From positions 23,381-87,380 of the forward strand of contig DAOVZK010000001.1 of NCBI GenBank assembly GCA_030635145.1: 64,000 nucleotides of DNA, written 5' to 3'. This stretch comes from Planctomycetota bacterium (lineage in GTDB: Bacteria; Planctomycetota; Phycisphaerae; SM23-33). Both the position numbers and the translations under genes were made by a program. Positions within the stretch are counted from its first letter, which is position 1, and every line of letters starts with the position of its first letter. The notes beneath the pieces were generated by a model, which saw nothing but the letters and a program-made list of their open reading frames with translations, had not been told where the DNA came from and did no database searches. Below are positions 7,505-17,160 of the stretch, one piece after another.

Positions 7505-10393
7505 ATGCAAATTTCAAAAATCATCACGGGGATCGTTTTGGTTGCTGTTGCGATGGCAGGGACAGGGGGAGTGCAAGCACAAATCTCCAGGCCTGCGACT
7601 CGTCCGGCGGGAACCACACGCCCGACGACAAAACCAACTACGCGCCCAGCGAAAAAAACAAAAACGCTCGAGCAATCTCACAAAGCCTACATGGCCGGAA
7701 AATACCCCGAAGCCGCCGAAGGATATCGCGGGCTACTGAACGACGAGAGCAAGCAAGTCGCAGCTGCGATCGGGTTGGCCGATGTGCTGAAAATTACCGG
7801 GAAGTATTCCGAGGCAATCGAAACCCTGCAAGGCGTCGCCGACAAGGGAAAGCAAAACCCCGCTTGGTACCCCGCTATCATCGATGCGCTGACCTACGTC
7901 GGAAAATACACCGAGGCGTTGCAGTATTGCGACGCGGGGCTGAAACTCCCCGCCGCCGACTGCGCCATCACCGCCGAGCTGATTTACCTTCGCGGACGAT
8001 TGCTGGAGACCTTCGGGCGTGACGAAGAAGCTCGCGAAAACTATCGCAAGGTCGAAACCATCATCGACGCCGGGAAGTATCGCAAAAACGCGGCGGCGTT
8101 GGTGGCGATCGGAAAAATCCTCGACCGCTACGCCGTTTTGTCGGGGCGGAAGGCATCGGATCAGGCACCGAACATTTTGCACAACTATTTTCAGGAAGCG
8201 TACCTTAAGGTGGCCCCGGATTATTGGCCCGCAAACGTGGCTGCTGCGAAACTGCTGCTGGAAAAACATAATGCACGGGCAGCGGTTCAGGAACTTCGAC
8301 TCGCGATGAAGCTGAATCCGAAAATCCCCGACGTGTATGCCGGGCTTGGTGTGGCGGAGCTACATCGCTGGAGGTTCAAAAAATGCCTCGCCAACGCGAA
8401 CAAAGCGTTGCGAATCAATCCGCATCACGCCAGTTCGCTCTATCTCAAAGCCGTCTGCTATATGCAGTGGCGGAAGTTCCACAAAGTACCCCCGCTGCTG
8501 GAAAAAATACTCGAAACGAATCCCAACAGTATCGAGGCGCTTTCGTTGCTGGCGGCGGCGCATATTCGAATGTTCGAGCCAGAAAAGGCCACCCCGTTTA
8601 TCGAGCGTGTGGGGAAGATCGATCCGAACTGCGAGGACTTACCGCTGACGATTGGTGTGTGGTTGGTTTCGGGGCGGCAGTTTGCGGAGGCGGAGGCGTA
8701 TCTCAAGCGTGCGGTGGAGCTGGCGCCGAAAAAGGCAGGACCCATCGCGGCGCTGGGGACGATGTACATGCAGACCGGCCAGGAGGTCGAAGCGCGAAAG
8801 GCACTGGAGACGGCCCACAAGCTCGACGATTTTCGCAAGGATGTCGCACACTATCTCACCGTCGCCAAAGCCCTCGAAAAATTCGCTGTCAAAGAAACCG
8901 AACATTTCATCGTGAAGGTCGACAAAGAGCACGACCTGGTTTTGCTCGATCAGGTCAGCGACTACATGGAGAGCATTTATCCCGAAGTCACGGGCGACTA
9001 CGGTTTTGAACCGACGCAAAAGACGATCGTCGAGATTCTGCCGTTTCAGAAGGATTTTTCCGCACGAATTTCCGGCCGCGCGTGGTTACCGACCGTCGGT
9101 GCGTGTACCGGGCGAGTGATTGCCATTACCGCGCCGAACCGGACACGCGGAGTTTTGGGGCTACACAACTGGGCGCAGGTGTTGCGGCACGAGTTTGCAC
9201 ACACCGTGACACTGGGGGCGACAAATAATCGGATTCCGCACTGGTTTACCGAGGCGTGTGCGGTGTGGCAGCAGAAAGACAAGCGTGCGTTTCACTACAT
9301 GAAAACGCTCGCCGACGCCACGCACAAAAAACGGCTGTTTCCCGTCAACAAAATCGACTGGGGGTTCATTACCCCAAAAAAACGCGGAGATCGGAAACTG
9401 GCCTACGCGCAATCCGAATGGATGATGGACTACATAATCCGCACCTACGGATTCGAGACGATTCCCAAAATGCTCCAGGCCTTCGCCGAGGGCAAAACGC
9501 AAAAGCAGGTCTTCAAAGAGGTCGTCGGTGTCAGCGAAAAGCAGTTCGACAAAGATTTTCGCAAGTGGGCAGCTGCGACCGTTAAAAAGTGGGGCATCGA
9601 AAACCCCGACGAAACGAAACCCAAGGGCGGCGTGCTTGGTGGGATTTTCGGGGGAAAGAAAAAACCAAACCCCGCGAAGGTCGCCGCCAAAAAGGCCAAG
9701 GAGCTACTTGGTAAGCGTAAGTTCAAGCAGGCAAGGGGGCAGGCAGCAAAGGCACTCAAAACCGATCCGAAAAATCAGACCGCCCTTCGAGTACTTTCGC
9801 AATGTTACCTGCACGACAAACGCTGGGCCGACGCTATCGCTGCGATGGAAACGCTCCGCGATGCACACCCGTTCGACTCGTTTAGCTACTCGCATCTGGC
9901 GAAAATTTACGTGCAGCTGGGCCAACCCGAAAAGGCCTTGCCGAACCTCATCTACCTGCATCGCCATACCATGAACGACCCCAAATACGCGCGCCAGATC
10001 GCCGAGACGTATCGCTCGCTAAAACAATATGACTCCGCCGCCAAGTATTTTCGCGAGGTTATCTACATCAATCCGTATGAAACCTCGGCGACGGAGGCGT
10101 TGGCGGGGATCTATCTAAAGATGAAAAAATATGACCAGGCCCGAGCGGCGGCAAAAAATCTGACGCTGTTGGAAGACGACTCGGCACGCAGCTGGAACTA
10201 TCTCGCCATGGTTCGATACAGAATTGCACTCGCGACGAAAAATATCGACGAACTACACCAAGCCCGCGAAGATGCCGAAAAGGCACAAAAGCTGGATCCC
10301 AAAGGCAGAGCTATCCAAATTTTGCAATATATTGACGCAGCGATCAAAAAAATGCAAAATGATCCCACCGCAACATCAGCGGATGATTCGTAA
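7505..10393 (+). CDS. Secreted TPR-repeat protein with central HExxH zincin motif (peptidase MA-like domain)
   Basis: Signal peptide MQISKIITGIVLVAVAMAGTGGVQAQ. Thr/Arg/Pro-rich low-complexity stretch (TRPAGTTRPTTKPTTRPAKK). TPR repeats at both the N- and C-terminal parts. HEFAHTVTLG...WFTEACAVWQ at about aa 560. Lys-rich segment GGKKKPNPAKVAAKKAKELLGKRK. Confidence 0.6.
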   Translation: MQISKIITGIVLVAVAMAGTGGVQAQISRPATRPAGTTRPTTKPTTRPAKKTKTLEQSHKAYMAGKYPEAAEGYRGLLNDESKQVAAAIGLADVLKITGKYSEAIETLQGVADKGKQNPAWYPAIIDALTYVGKYTEALQYCDAGLKLPAADCAITAELIYLRGRLLETFGRDEEARENYRKVETIIDAGKYRKNAAALVAIGKILDRYAVLSGRKASDQAPNILHNYFQEAYLKVAPDYWPANVAAAKLLLEKHNARAAVQELRLAMKLNPKIPDVYAGLGVAELHRWRFKKCLANANKALRINPHHASSLYLKAVCYMQWRKFHKVPPLLEKILETNPNSIEALSLLAAAHIRMFEPEKATPFIERVGKIDPNCEDLPLTIGVWLVSGRQFAEAEAYLKRAVELAPKKAGPIAALGTMYMQTGQEVEARKALETAHKLDDFRKDVAHYLTVAKALEKFAVKETEHFIVKVDKEHDLVLLDQVSDYMESIYPEVTGDYGFEPTQKTIVEILPFQKDFSARISGRAWLPTVGACTGRVIAITAPNRTRGVLGLHNWAQVLRHEFAHTVTLGATNNRIPHWFTEACAVWQQKDKRAFHYMKTLADATHKKRLFPVNKIDWGFITPKKRGDRKLAYAQSEWMMDYIIRTYGFETIPKMLQAFAEGKTQKQVFKEVVGVSEKQFDKDFRKWAAATVKKWGIENPDETKPKGGVLGGIFGGKKKPNPAKVAAKKAKELLGKRKFKQARGQAAKALKTDPKNQTALRVLSQCYLHDKRWADAIAAMETLRDAHPFDSFSYSHLAKIYVQLGQPEKALPNLIYLHRHTMNDPKYARQIAETYRSLKQYDSAAKYFREVIYINPYETSATEALAGIYLKMKKYDQARAAAKNLTLLEDDSARSWNYLAMVRYRIALATKNIDELHQAREDAEKAQKLDPKGRAIQILQYIDAAIKKMQNDPTATSADDS

Positions 10394-10426
10394 GAAATAG
10401 AAAAATATACAAAGGTTCAACCCAAA

Positions 10427-10699
10427 ATGACCGTACCCACAATCAAAGAATTCCAGGATTTCATTCACGAGAAGTACTACCCCACCGACTCGAAACGCGG
10501 AACACCCGGAACGTTTATGTGGTTTATCGAAGAAGTCGGCGAACTGGCAACGGCACTGGCCAGCAACGATCAGGCAAACAAAGAAGAAGAATTCGCCGAT
10601 GTCTTCGCATGGTTATGCACGCTGGCGAATATCAACGACGTTGACCTGTCCAAGGCAGTCGAAAAATACACCGCCGGGCAAATCAAAGGTTTTAAATAA
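10427..10699 (+). CDS. Small MazG-like nucleotide pyrophosphohydrolase
   Basis: 90 aa containing EExGELxxA and EEFADVFAWL, the hallmarks of the all-alpha NTP-pyrophosphatase (MazG-like) fold. Confidence 0.6.
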   Translation: MTVPTIKEFQDFIHEKYYPTDSKRGTPGTFMWFIEEVGELATALASNDQANKEEEFADVFAWLCTLANINDVDLSKAVEKYTAGQIKGFK

Positions 10700-10702
10700 C
10701 GT

Positions 10703-10764
10703 GGATTTGAGACACCGAACATCAAGCGGGTGAAATAACGCGCATCTGAGACACCGAACATCAC
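10703..10764. repeat. Two copies of a 17-bp direct repeat, TGAGACACCGAACATCA
   Basis: Exact 17-mers at about 10705-10721 and 10745-10761, each followed by (A/C)GCGGG(T/G)TG, with a 23-nt spacing. Intergenic, downstream of the mazG-like gene. Confidence 0.5.
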
Positions 10765-10831
10765 GGGGGTGGCATTGGTCAACCCGCAGGGATGGCCATG
10801 ATTATTTGTTTCCGTCGCCCCGGCAGGGCCG

Positions 10832-10916
10832 GTCATTGCGAGCCGACCGAAGGGAGGCGCGGCAATCTCCTATTCGGCCGCTTAGATTGCCGCGTCGCTG
10901 CGCTCCTCGCAATGAC
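10832..10916. other. Long imperfect hairpin (candidate structured RNA or palindromic element)
   Basis: GTCATTGCGAG...CTCGCAATGAC outer stem of 11 bp and GGCAATCT...AGATTGCC inner stem of 8 bp around a 15-nt loop. A further CCGGC-agg-GCCGG hairpin sits just upstream (10819-10831). Confidence 0.3.
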
Positions 10917-11027
10917 ACCACCGCGGGATTCGGGCAACACTCCCCGTCCTGAATTTAATTGCATAAAGCCCTGCAGGAGTGTAATCTATAAACCTCACAG
11001 CCGCGAACATAACGAAAGGATGATGTA

Positions 11028-11420
11028 ATGCGAATTGATACACAGTTTTCCATATTTCTGGTCAACCGCCCCGGCGTTCTCGCCAAGGTAACTAACGCAC
11101 TGTCGAAGGCTGGGGTGATGATCTTTGCTCTGTCGCTTAGCGATTCCGGCGAGCATGGGGTGTTGCGAATTGTAACCACCGATCCCGAGCTGACTCGCAA
11201 GGTACTCAACGAAGCCCACGACCGCTGGACGGAAACCGAAATTCTCGTCGTTCCCATGAGCAACGAAACCGGCACATTCGCGGTGCTTATCAATAAACTC
11301 GCCGCCGCCAAAATCAACGTCAGCTACGTTTACTGCACAGCACCCGAGTCGGGCGGAACCACAAACGCCATCGTGAAACTCACCGACCCCGCATCGGCAC
11401 TGAACCTGCTGAACAAATAG
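11028..11420 (+). CDS. ACT-domain protein (tandem ACT, small-ligand binding)
   Basis: Two beta-alpha-beta-beta-alpha-beta units: FSIFLVNRPGVLAKVTNALSKAGVMIFALS and TFAVLINKLAAAKINVSYVYC. Confidence 0.55.
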   Translation: MRIDTQFSIFLVNRPGVLAKVTNALSKAGVMIFALSLSDSGEHGVLRIVTTDPELTRKVLNEAHDRWTETEILVVPMSNETGTFAVLINKLAAAKINVSYVYCTAPESGGTTNAIVKLTDPASALNLLNK

Positions 11421-11427
11421 TTTTTAA

Positions 11428-11535
11428 GTTTTCAGTTATCAGTAGTCAGTAAGAAATTAAGAAATGTTCGGCCATGCAATGATTTGGCGTTTTTTCCTTC
11501 TCTTACTGATGTCTGAAAACTGACAACTGATAACT
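11428..11535. repeat. Inverted arrays of tandem TNNTCAG heptads flanking a 45-bp core
   Basis: Plus strand: GTTTTCAG TTATCAG TAGTCAG TAAG. Opposite strand 50 nt later: AGTTATCAG TTGTCAG TTTTCAG ACATCAG TAAG. The region is AT-rich, unusual for this window. The core contains a weak GCCA..TGGC hairpin followed by TTTTTT. Confidence 0.45.
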
Positions 11536-11747
11536 TCTTCAGGCATCGTTTTTTTCGCCAAAATTAGCGGAATTGCCTTATAATCAGGGGCACGTATACA
11601 ATTTACGGACCGATGACAAAAATCGTTCGTCAAGTCGCGTGATTTGGCAGGCGGTCTTCGTCATGGGCCCGGCAGTTAAGTTGTCTGGAGTCCTCGGGCT
11701 TGCGGTTTTCGAATCGAAGGAGCCTGGAACTCGGCAGCTGATGGAGA

Positions 11748-12497
11748 ATGATAATGGCAAGTTCGACTGTCGAGCAATGCGAAGAAATTATTGGGTACAC
11801 GTTCAAGGATAAGGGGATTCTCGAAAAGGCACTGACGCATTCGTCGGCTGCGCCCACCAGATTGGACAGCAACGAGCGGCTGGAATTTCTTGGCGATTCG
11901 GTTTTGGGGTTGAGCGTTTGCGCATTTTTGTTCACCGAGCACGAATCGCTCGGCGAAGGGGAAATGACAAAGATCAAATCGTCCGTCGTTTCGCGAAAAA
12001 CCTGCGCAGTGGTCATCCGCAAGATGGACGTCTACGATCTGTTGTCGCTCAGCGGAGAGATGGCTGACCCCGACCGCGTTCCCGAATCGGTTCTCGCCGC
12101 CGTCTTCGAGGCACTCATCGGTGCGATCTATGTCGACGGTGGATTCGCCCCCGCCGACGCGTTTGTCGTCCGAACAGTCGCGCCGTTTATCGAAGAAGCG
12201 CTCGCCACCAGCCATCAGCAAAATTACAAATCGCTTTTGCAGCAGTATGCCCAGCGCGTGGTAATGGAAACGCCCGAGTATCTCATGCTCGACGAGCAAG
12301 GCCCGGATCACTCGAAGTGTTTCGAGGTTGCCGTTTCGCTTGGAGGTAAAACTTATCCAAGTGCGTGGGGCAAAAACAAAAAAGAAGCCGAGCAAGCCGC
12401 CGCCAAACTCACCGTGCAAAAGCTTGGGCTGCTCAAAGACGAAATGCCCCGCGAAATTTTCGCCGAAGATGACGAAGACGCAGACTCGCAAGATTAA
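11748..12497 (+). CDS. rnc: Ribonuclease III
   Basis: RNase III signature ERLEFLGDSVLGLSVCAFLF. Catalytic E and D residues and a C-terminal dsRBD (KSLLQQYAQRV..., AAAKLT). An ATG at 11754 is an alternative start. A perfect TATAAT lies at about 11578. Confidence 0.9.
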   Translation: MIMASSTVEQCEEIIGYTFKDKGILEKALTHSSAAPTRLDSNERLEFLGDSVLGLSVCAFLFTEHESLGEGEMTKIKSSVVSRKTCAVVIRKMDVYDLLSLSGEMADPDRVPESVLAAVFEALIGAIYVDGGFAPADAFVVRTVAPFIEEALATSHQQNYKSLLQQYAQRVVMETPEYLMLDEQGPDHSKCFEVAVSLGGKTYPSAWGKNKKEAEQAAAKLTVQKLGLLKDEMPREIFAEDDEDADSQD

Positions 12498-12756
12498 CGC
12501 AAGCAACTCTCAATTCACCGCATCTGGCCCCTCGACGATATTGCATTTCGCGACCTCGTCGCCTCGCCTCAGCCAAAATCCGCGACCATTTAGCCCTGAA
12601 GTAAAAAAAAATTTGGTGGATAAGGTGTGCAAAACCTTATTAGCTCTTTGTTTATGGTGAGTTAAGCAATTCGCCGACTCGCCCGGGTTTTGGTAAAAAA
12701 CTGGCGGTTTTTCTTGCAGTTAGCCGATACTCTTTCTAGAGTAGGAGACTAGTAAA

Positions 12757-13368
12757 TTGTCCAATACCGCTACGATTTTGATTGAATCTGGGAATGAGAT
12801 GTTTGACGCAACCAGGACAACCAGGGTATTGGGTGCGTTGCTGGTTTCGATGACTCTCGGGGCATTGCTGCTTATGCTCATGGAATCGGATCCCCCGCGC
12901 CCAAGTCAGAGCGACCGTGCTTCAATAGCAGGGAGCGTTCTCGGTCAGCATGCTTCGGTTTCACGCAAGTGGCGCCGCGTAATCATTCACTCCGCAGCAG
13001 ATTCAAACAGTAATCTTCCGGCTCGATGCCATTTCGTTATCGAGCCCAAGGCAGACTCGCAGGGTTTGGGCGTTCGCTCTACGGAATTGTGGAAGCGGCA
13101 GAAGCCCGGTTACCACGCACTCGTAGCTGCCGACCGCGACTACAACGCAGACAGCATCGGAATCTGCCTCGTCGGTGACTTCTCGAAGAACCAGCTATCG
13201 CAAGGTCAGTTCGATGCCCTTGTTGCCCTCGTTCGCGATCTGCAACGATCCTGCACCATCGACGGGGACAGCGTTTATCTCTACTCCCAGCTCGACGCAC
13301 AGTCCGGTTCCCCGGGCCGTAATTTCCCCGTTGCCGACTTCGACGCATCACTGCTGCAAGTCAACTGA
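12757..13368 (+). CDS. Putative N-acetylmuramoyl-L-alanine amidase (amidase_2/PGRP-like) with N-terminal membrane anchor
   Basis: VIIHSAAD...H...Y...NADSIGICLVGDF...QFDALVALVRDL resembles the zinc-amidase_2 motif order (H, Y, N..SIGI..G). N-terminal transmembrane helix. The start codon choice is uncertain. Confidence 0.4.
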   Translation: MSNTATILIESGNEMFDATRTTRVLGALLVSMTLGALLLMLMESDPPRPSQSDRASIAGSVLGQHASVSRKWRRVIIHSAADSNSNLPARCHFVIEPKADSQGLGVRSTELWKRQKPGYHALVAADRDYNADSIGICLVGDFSKNQLSQGQFDALVALVRDLQRSCTIDGDSVYLYSQLDAQSGSPGRNFPVADFDASLLQVN

Positions 13369-13639
13369 TCACACCGGCGGCCCTGCTGGGCGCACTGATC
13401 CAACCTCACTTTTTTCCGCCCCTTCATTTGCTGCACGCAATTTCGTTTCACCATTTTGCCTTCCGGGTTTGTGCGCGCGTAAAAAACGACGTAACGAACA
13501 TTTCTTTCGCAAATCTTTTGCAAAAAATATTCGCCACGCCGCGTTTGTTTTTCAATTTTTGCTCTCTGTCATGCCCGACTCGATCGGGCCGGTGCCGTGG
13601 TTGCGGTGTTCGCAACCACGTTTTGTACCACAGTCATTT

Positions 13640-16117
13640 CTACAGCCCTACCGTGCTTCGTCGCATGAGGTCAGCGGCATCGCATTCTCTGCTCGGGGTG
13701 TACCCGTTGAGAGGCAGGATGTATTCGTTGACGGCGTCGAGGAAGTCGGCCGGCTGCGGGAAGAACGCGTCTTCCAATTCGTCGGCTGGGGTAATCCAGT
13801 TGCGGGCACCGATGACAACCGGCGGTGCGTCGAGTTCGTCGAACGCCAGCTGCGTAATCTTCGCCGCCATCGTCTGCACGAAGCTTCCGCGTTCGCACGC
13901 GTCGCTGGCGAGGATAATCTTGCGGGTCTTGGCGACCGATTCGATAACCTTTTCGTAGTTAAACGGCACGATAGAGCGGGCGTCGATAATTTCGCACGAC
14001 AGTCCGAATTTTTCCTGCAGTTCGTCGGCCGCTTCGATTGCACGATACAGCGTCGCACCGATCGTCAGAATCGTCAGGTCGGTTCCTTCGCGACGGATGG
14101 CCGGTTCGCCGAACGGTACTTCGTAGAAGCCTTCGGGTACGCCGCCGGGTTCAAAAATTTCCGGCTGATCGTACAACCGCTGCGACTCGAAGAACATCAC
14201 CGGGTCGGTCGACACGAGCGATGCGTTCAGCAGGCCCTTGGCGTCGTAGGGCGTTGCCGGGAACACAACTTTCAGCCCCGGAATATGTGCCGGAATCGTC
14301 GTCCAGTCTTGCGAGTGCTGTGCCCCGTACTTGCTGCCGACAGAAACGCGGAGCGTCACGGGCATTTTCAAAAGTCCGCCCGACATGCTCTGCCATTTGC
14401 TGAGCTGGTTGAAGATTTCGTCGCCGGCTCGGCCCATAAAGTCACAGTACATCAGCTCGGCCATTACGCGGCCGCCTTCGAGTGCGTATCCGCAAGCGGT
14501 TCCGGCGATGGCGGCTTCGGCGATGGGCGAGTTGAACAGGCGATGATACGGCAGTGCTTCGGTCAAACCGCGATACACCCCAAACGCCCCGCCCCAGTCG
14601 CGGTTTTCTTCACCGTAGGCAACGAGCGTTGGGTCGCGATAAAATGCGTCGAGCGTGGCTTCGAACAGTGCGTCACGCACGACGATGCATTTGCTTTTCG
14701 GCAGCGGTGCGCCGTTGGCGTCCAGGCCGCTTCTGCTACGTTTGGCAAGCTGCTTTACGCGCGGGTTTTCTTCCTTCGTCATCAAAACTTCAGGTTCCCG
14801 CGTGGTGTCCATCGACTCGACTCTCTCGTCGGAGAAGATGATATTTTCCAGCGTATTACCGACGGACTTAATTTCCGGCCGCGGTGAAATTTCGAGATCG
14901 GTTGCCTTCTTGCAGGCCTTGACCATCGTGACGATAATCTGCTGCTGCATCGCGTCGATGTCGCCCTGCGTGCAAACCTTGGCGGCGATCAGCGAGTCGG
15001 CGAAGGTTTTGATCGGGTCGACTTCCTGCCATGCCGAAACTTCTTCCTTCGTGCGATAGCTGCTTGCGTCGGATGGCGAGTGACCGCAGAAACGATACGT
15101 CAGCGTGTCGAGCAAAACCGGCCCGTCGCCGGCTTCGATGATTTTCTTCTTTCGGCCGATACCGTCGATGACGGCAAGCGGGTTGAAACCGTCGAGACGT
15201 TCGGCGTGCATCTGCTCGGGGTTCATTCCCGCACCAATGCGTGCCAGCACGTCGTAGCCCATCGTCTCGCCATCGGTCTGGCCGCCCATGCCGTAGAAGT
15301 TGTTGAAGAAATTCAGAATCAACGGCAGTCCGCCGCGATGTGCTTCGTCCCACAGCTGCTTGTACTGGTCCATCGTCGCGAAGCAAAGCCCTTCCCAAAC
15401 CGGCCCGCAAGCTGCCGACGCGTCGCCGATGTTGCCGATCACGATGCCGGACTTTTTGTTGACGTGTTTGAACAACGCCGCACCGACGGAAATGTCACCC
15501 GACCCCCCGACAATGGCGTTGTTGGGGTAGATTCCGAACGGCGGAAAGAATGCGTGCATCGAACCACCGAAGCCCTTGTTGAACCCAGTCTCACGGCCGA
15601 AGATTTCGGCAAGTGCCCCATAAATCAGATAATCAATCGCCAGCGACTTTGTGTCGCCGTCGGCGTCGGCCTCTACAACTTTCAGGCACGCCCCGCCGAA
15701 GTAATTTTTCATGACGCCCATCAGCGTATCGTCGTCGAGCTTCTGAATCGCCGACAAACCCTTGGCGAGAATCTCACCGTGCGAGCGATGCGAACCGTAG
15801 ATGTGGTCGTCGGTTCCCAGCAGGTACGCTTGCCCGACGGCCGAGGCTTCCTGACCCAGCGACAGGTGGGCCGGGCCGCGGTGATTGTACTCCACCCCGC
15901 CGTAACTTCCGACTTTCTTGATCGAGTCGAGCATCGACTCGAATTCGCGAATAATCATCATGTCACGCTGGATGCGAATGAGGTCTTCTTTGGAAAAACG
16001 ACCCGCCTTGAGTTCGTCACCGACGGTTTTATTGTACTGGTTGACCGGGATCGATTTGAAATCGACCTTACCCGGTTTACGTGCTTCTTTGGGATCAACA
16101 TGTTGCAGCTTAGGCAT
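13640..16117 (-). CDS. 2-oxoacid dehydrogenase E1 component, fused alpha and beta subunits (TPP-dependent)
   Basis: N-terminal half is E1-alpha (YGSHRSHG...[33 protein letters not shown]). C-terminal half is E1-beta ([59 protein letters not shown]). 825 aa total. Confidence 0.8.
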   Translation of the reverse strand: MPKLQHVDPKEARKPGKVDFKSIPVNQYNKTVGDELKAGRFSKEDLIRIQRDMMIIREFESMLDSIKKVGSYGGVEYNHRGPAHLSLGQEASAVGQAYLLGTDDHIYGSHRSHGEILAKGLSAIQKLDDDTLMGVMKNYFGGACLKVVEADADGDTKSLAIDYLIYGALAEIFGRETGFNKGFGGSMHAFFPPFGIYPNNAIVGGSGDISVGAALFKHVNKKSGIVIGNIGDASAACGPVWEGLCFATMDQYKQLWDEAHRGGLPLILNFFNNFYGMGGQTDGETMGYDVLARIGAGMNPEQMHAERLDGFNPLAVIDGIGRKKKIIEAGDGPVLLDTLTYRFCGHSPSDASSYRTKEEVSAWQEVDPIKTFADSLIAAKVCTQGDIDAMQQQIIVTMVKACKKATDLEISPRPEIKSVGNTLENIIFSDERVESMDTTREPEVLMTKEENPRVKQLAKRSRSGLDANGAPLPKSKCIVVRDALFEATLDAFYRDPTLVAYGEENRDWGGAFGVYRGLTEALPYHRLFNSPIAEAAIAGTACGYALEGGRVMAELMYCDFMGRAGDEIFNQLSKWQSMSGGLLKMPVTLRVSVGSKYGAQHSQDWTTIPAHIPGLKVVFPATPYDAKGLLNASLVSTDPVMFFESQRLYDQPEIFEPGGVPEGFYEVPFGEPAIRREGTDLTILTIGATLYRAIEAADELQEKFGLSCEIIDARSIVPFNYEKVIESVAKTRKIILASDACERGSFVQTMAAKITQLAFDELDAPPVVIGARNWITPADELEDAFFPQPADFLDAVNEYILPLNGYTPSRECDAADLMRRSTVGL

Positions 16118-16169
16118 CTGAAAAAACTCCTGTGTTCAAAAAACGGTTTTGTGTTCGTTAAAGTTTCGA

Positions 16170-16991
16170 TTAATTCGTCGTTACGTTCGAGGCTTCCTCC
16201 GCGCAGGAGAGATCCTGGTCTTTCGGATAGACGACCTTTATTTGGAGCCCCTTAAGAAAACGCATCCATTCATCCGACGGACGCTGATCGGTAATAATTT
16301 TGGAAATCGCTTCAAACCCATCGATCTTAAACAGTGAGGGGTTGAGAAATTTACTGTGGTCGGCCAGCAGTATGCTTTCGCGCGAGTTGGCGATGGCCTT
16401 GCGGTAAACGTACGCGCTTTCGATGTCATTTGCCGTCGGGCCAAAGTCCATGCTCAATCCGTCAGTGCCAACAAACGCGGTGAACCCGCGCAGCTGATCG
16501 AGGGCAGCAATCGTCATCGGGCCAACCGTGTCCATCCGCTCGGGACGGTACTGCCCCCCGAGCAAAATCACGTTCAGGTCAGCCGACTCTAATTCCAACG
16601 CCAACCGCGCCGAGTTTACGATAATCGAAACCGACCGCTTGGACTGAATGTACGGAGCCATCTGAAAGCAGGTCGTCCCCGAGTCGAGAAAAATCAGATC
16701 CCCGTCGTTAACGCAATCGGCTGCGAGCTGCCCGACGATACGTTTGGCTTCGACATTTCGCATGCCCTTGGAGTGGAAAGAAAAATCACCCTTATGCGGC
16801 AGGGTCGCCCCGCCGTGAACCAGCTCGACTTTACCGTAGCGGGCAAGATCCTGCAAGTCGCGCCGGGCCGTCGCCTCGGATATCTCCAAAGACACCGCCA
16901 TCTCCCGGATGCTCACTCGGCCCAGCCGATAAACATCCGCCAGAATCGCCTGACGCCGTTGTTTTGTTGATTTTCCCATATTTCCAGTCAC
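16170..16991 (-). CDS. DeoR/GlpR-family transcriptional regulator
   Basis: N-terminal HTH RRQAILADVYRLGRVSIREMAVSLEISEATARRDL, then a DeoR C-terminal sugar-phosphate-binding domain. Sits 52 bp upstream of, and co-oriented with, the E1 gene. Confidence 0.8.
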   Translation of the reverse strand: MTGNMGKSTKQRRQAILADVYRLGRVSIREMAVSLEISEATARRDLQDLARYGKVELVHGGATLPHKGDFSFHSKGMRNVEAKRIVGQLAADCVNDGDLIFLDSGTTCFQMAPYIQSKRSVSIIVNSARLALELESADLNVILLGGQYRPERMDTVGPMTIAALDQLRGFTAFVGTDGLSMDFGPTANDIESAYVYRKAIANSRESILLADHSKFLNPSLFKIDGFEAISKIITDQRPSDEWMRFLKGLQIKVVYPKDQDLSCAEEASNVTTN

Positions 16992-17026
16992 CTATACCTA
17001 CCAGTAAACAATATCTTTGCGGATAA

Positions 17027-17103
17027 AGCAATATAAATTAGCAAAAAAATTGCAATATATTGCAACTAATCAACTTGACTTTTGCAAAAAAGTTACTTAT
17101 CCT
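17027..17103. promoter_or_regulatory. Divergent control region: perfect 16-bp palindrome TTGCAATATATTGCAA plus extra TTGCAA/GCAATAT half-sites, overlapping a sigma70-like promoter for the E2 operon
   Basis: Palindrome at 17050-17065. TTGACT (17075-80), then a 17-nt spacer containing TTGCAA, then TATCCT (17098-103). This lies about 55 nt upstream of the E2 ATG at 17161. The deoR start is at 16991 on the other strand. Confidence 0.4.
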
Positions 17104-17160
17104 ACTATACAGAGTAGCAGGGCGATTGTACGCCCTCAAGGCATTAAGCAGGATAAGATT

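Noticed and set aside
6658-7617. Long (319 aa) version of the ThiF/MoeB-like ORF
   Set aside because: Its first 54 codons would cover the divergent promoter region of the 7505 gene and encode hydrophobic junk. The conserved E1 fold starts at MTQRQ, so the start was set at 7455.
10703-10764. Direct repeats considered as a CRISPR array
   Set aside because: Only two copies of a 17-bp repeat, no cas genes nearby, and the spacer length is atypical. Reported as a simple direct repeat instead.
13175-14887. 570-aa ORF on the plus strand
   Set aside because: Lies entirely antisense to the well-supported E1 alpha/beta gene. Arg/Ala/Gly-rich with no domain signature, typical of spurious antisense ORFs in GC-rich DNA.
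15080-16255. 391-aa plus-strand ORF
   Set aside because: Antisense to the E1 gene and the deoR 3' end. No recognisable motifs.
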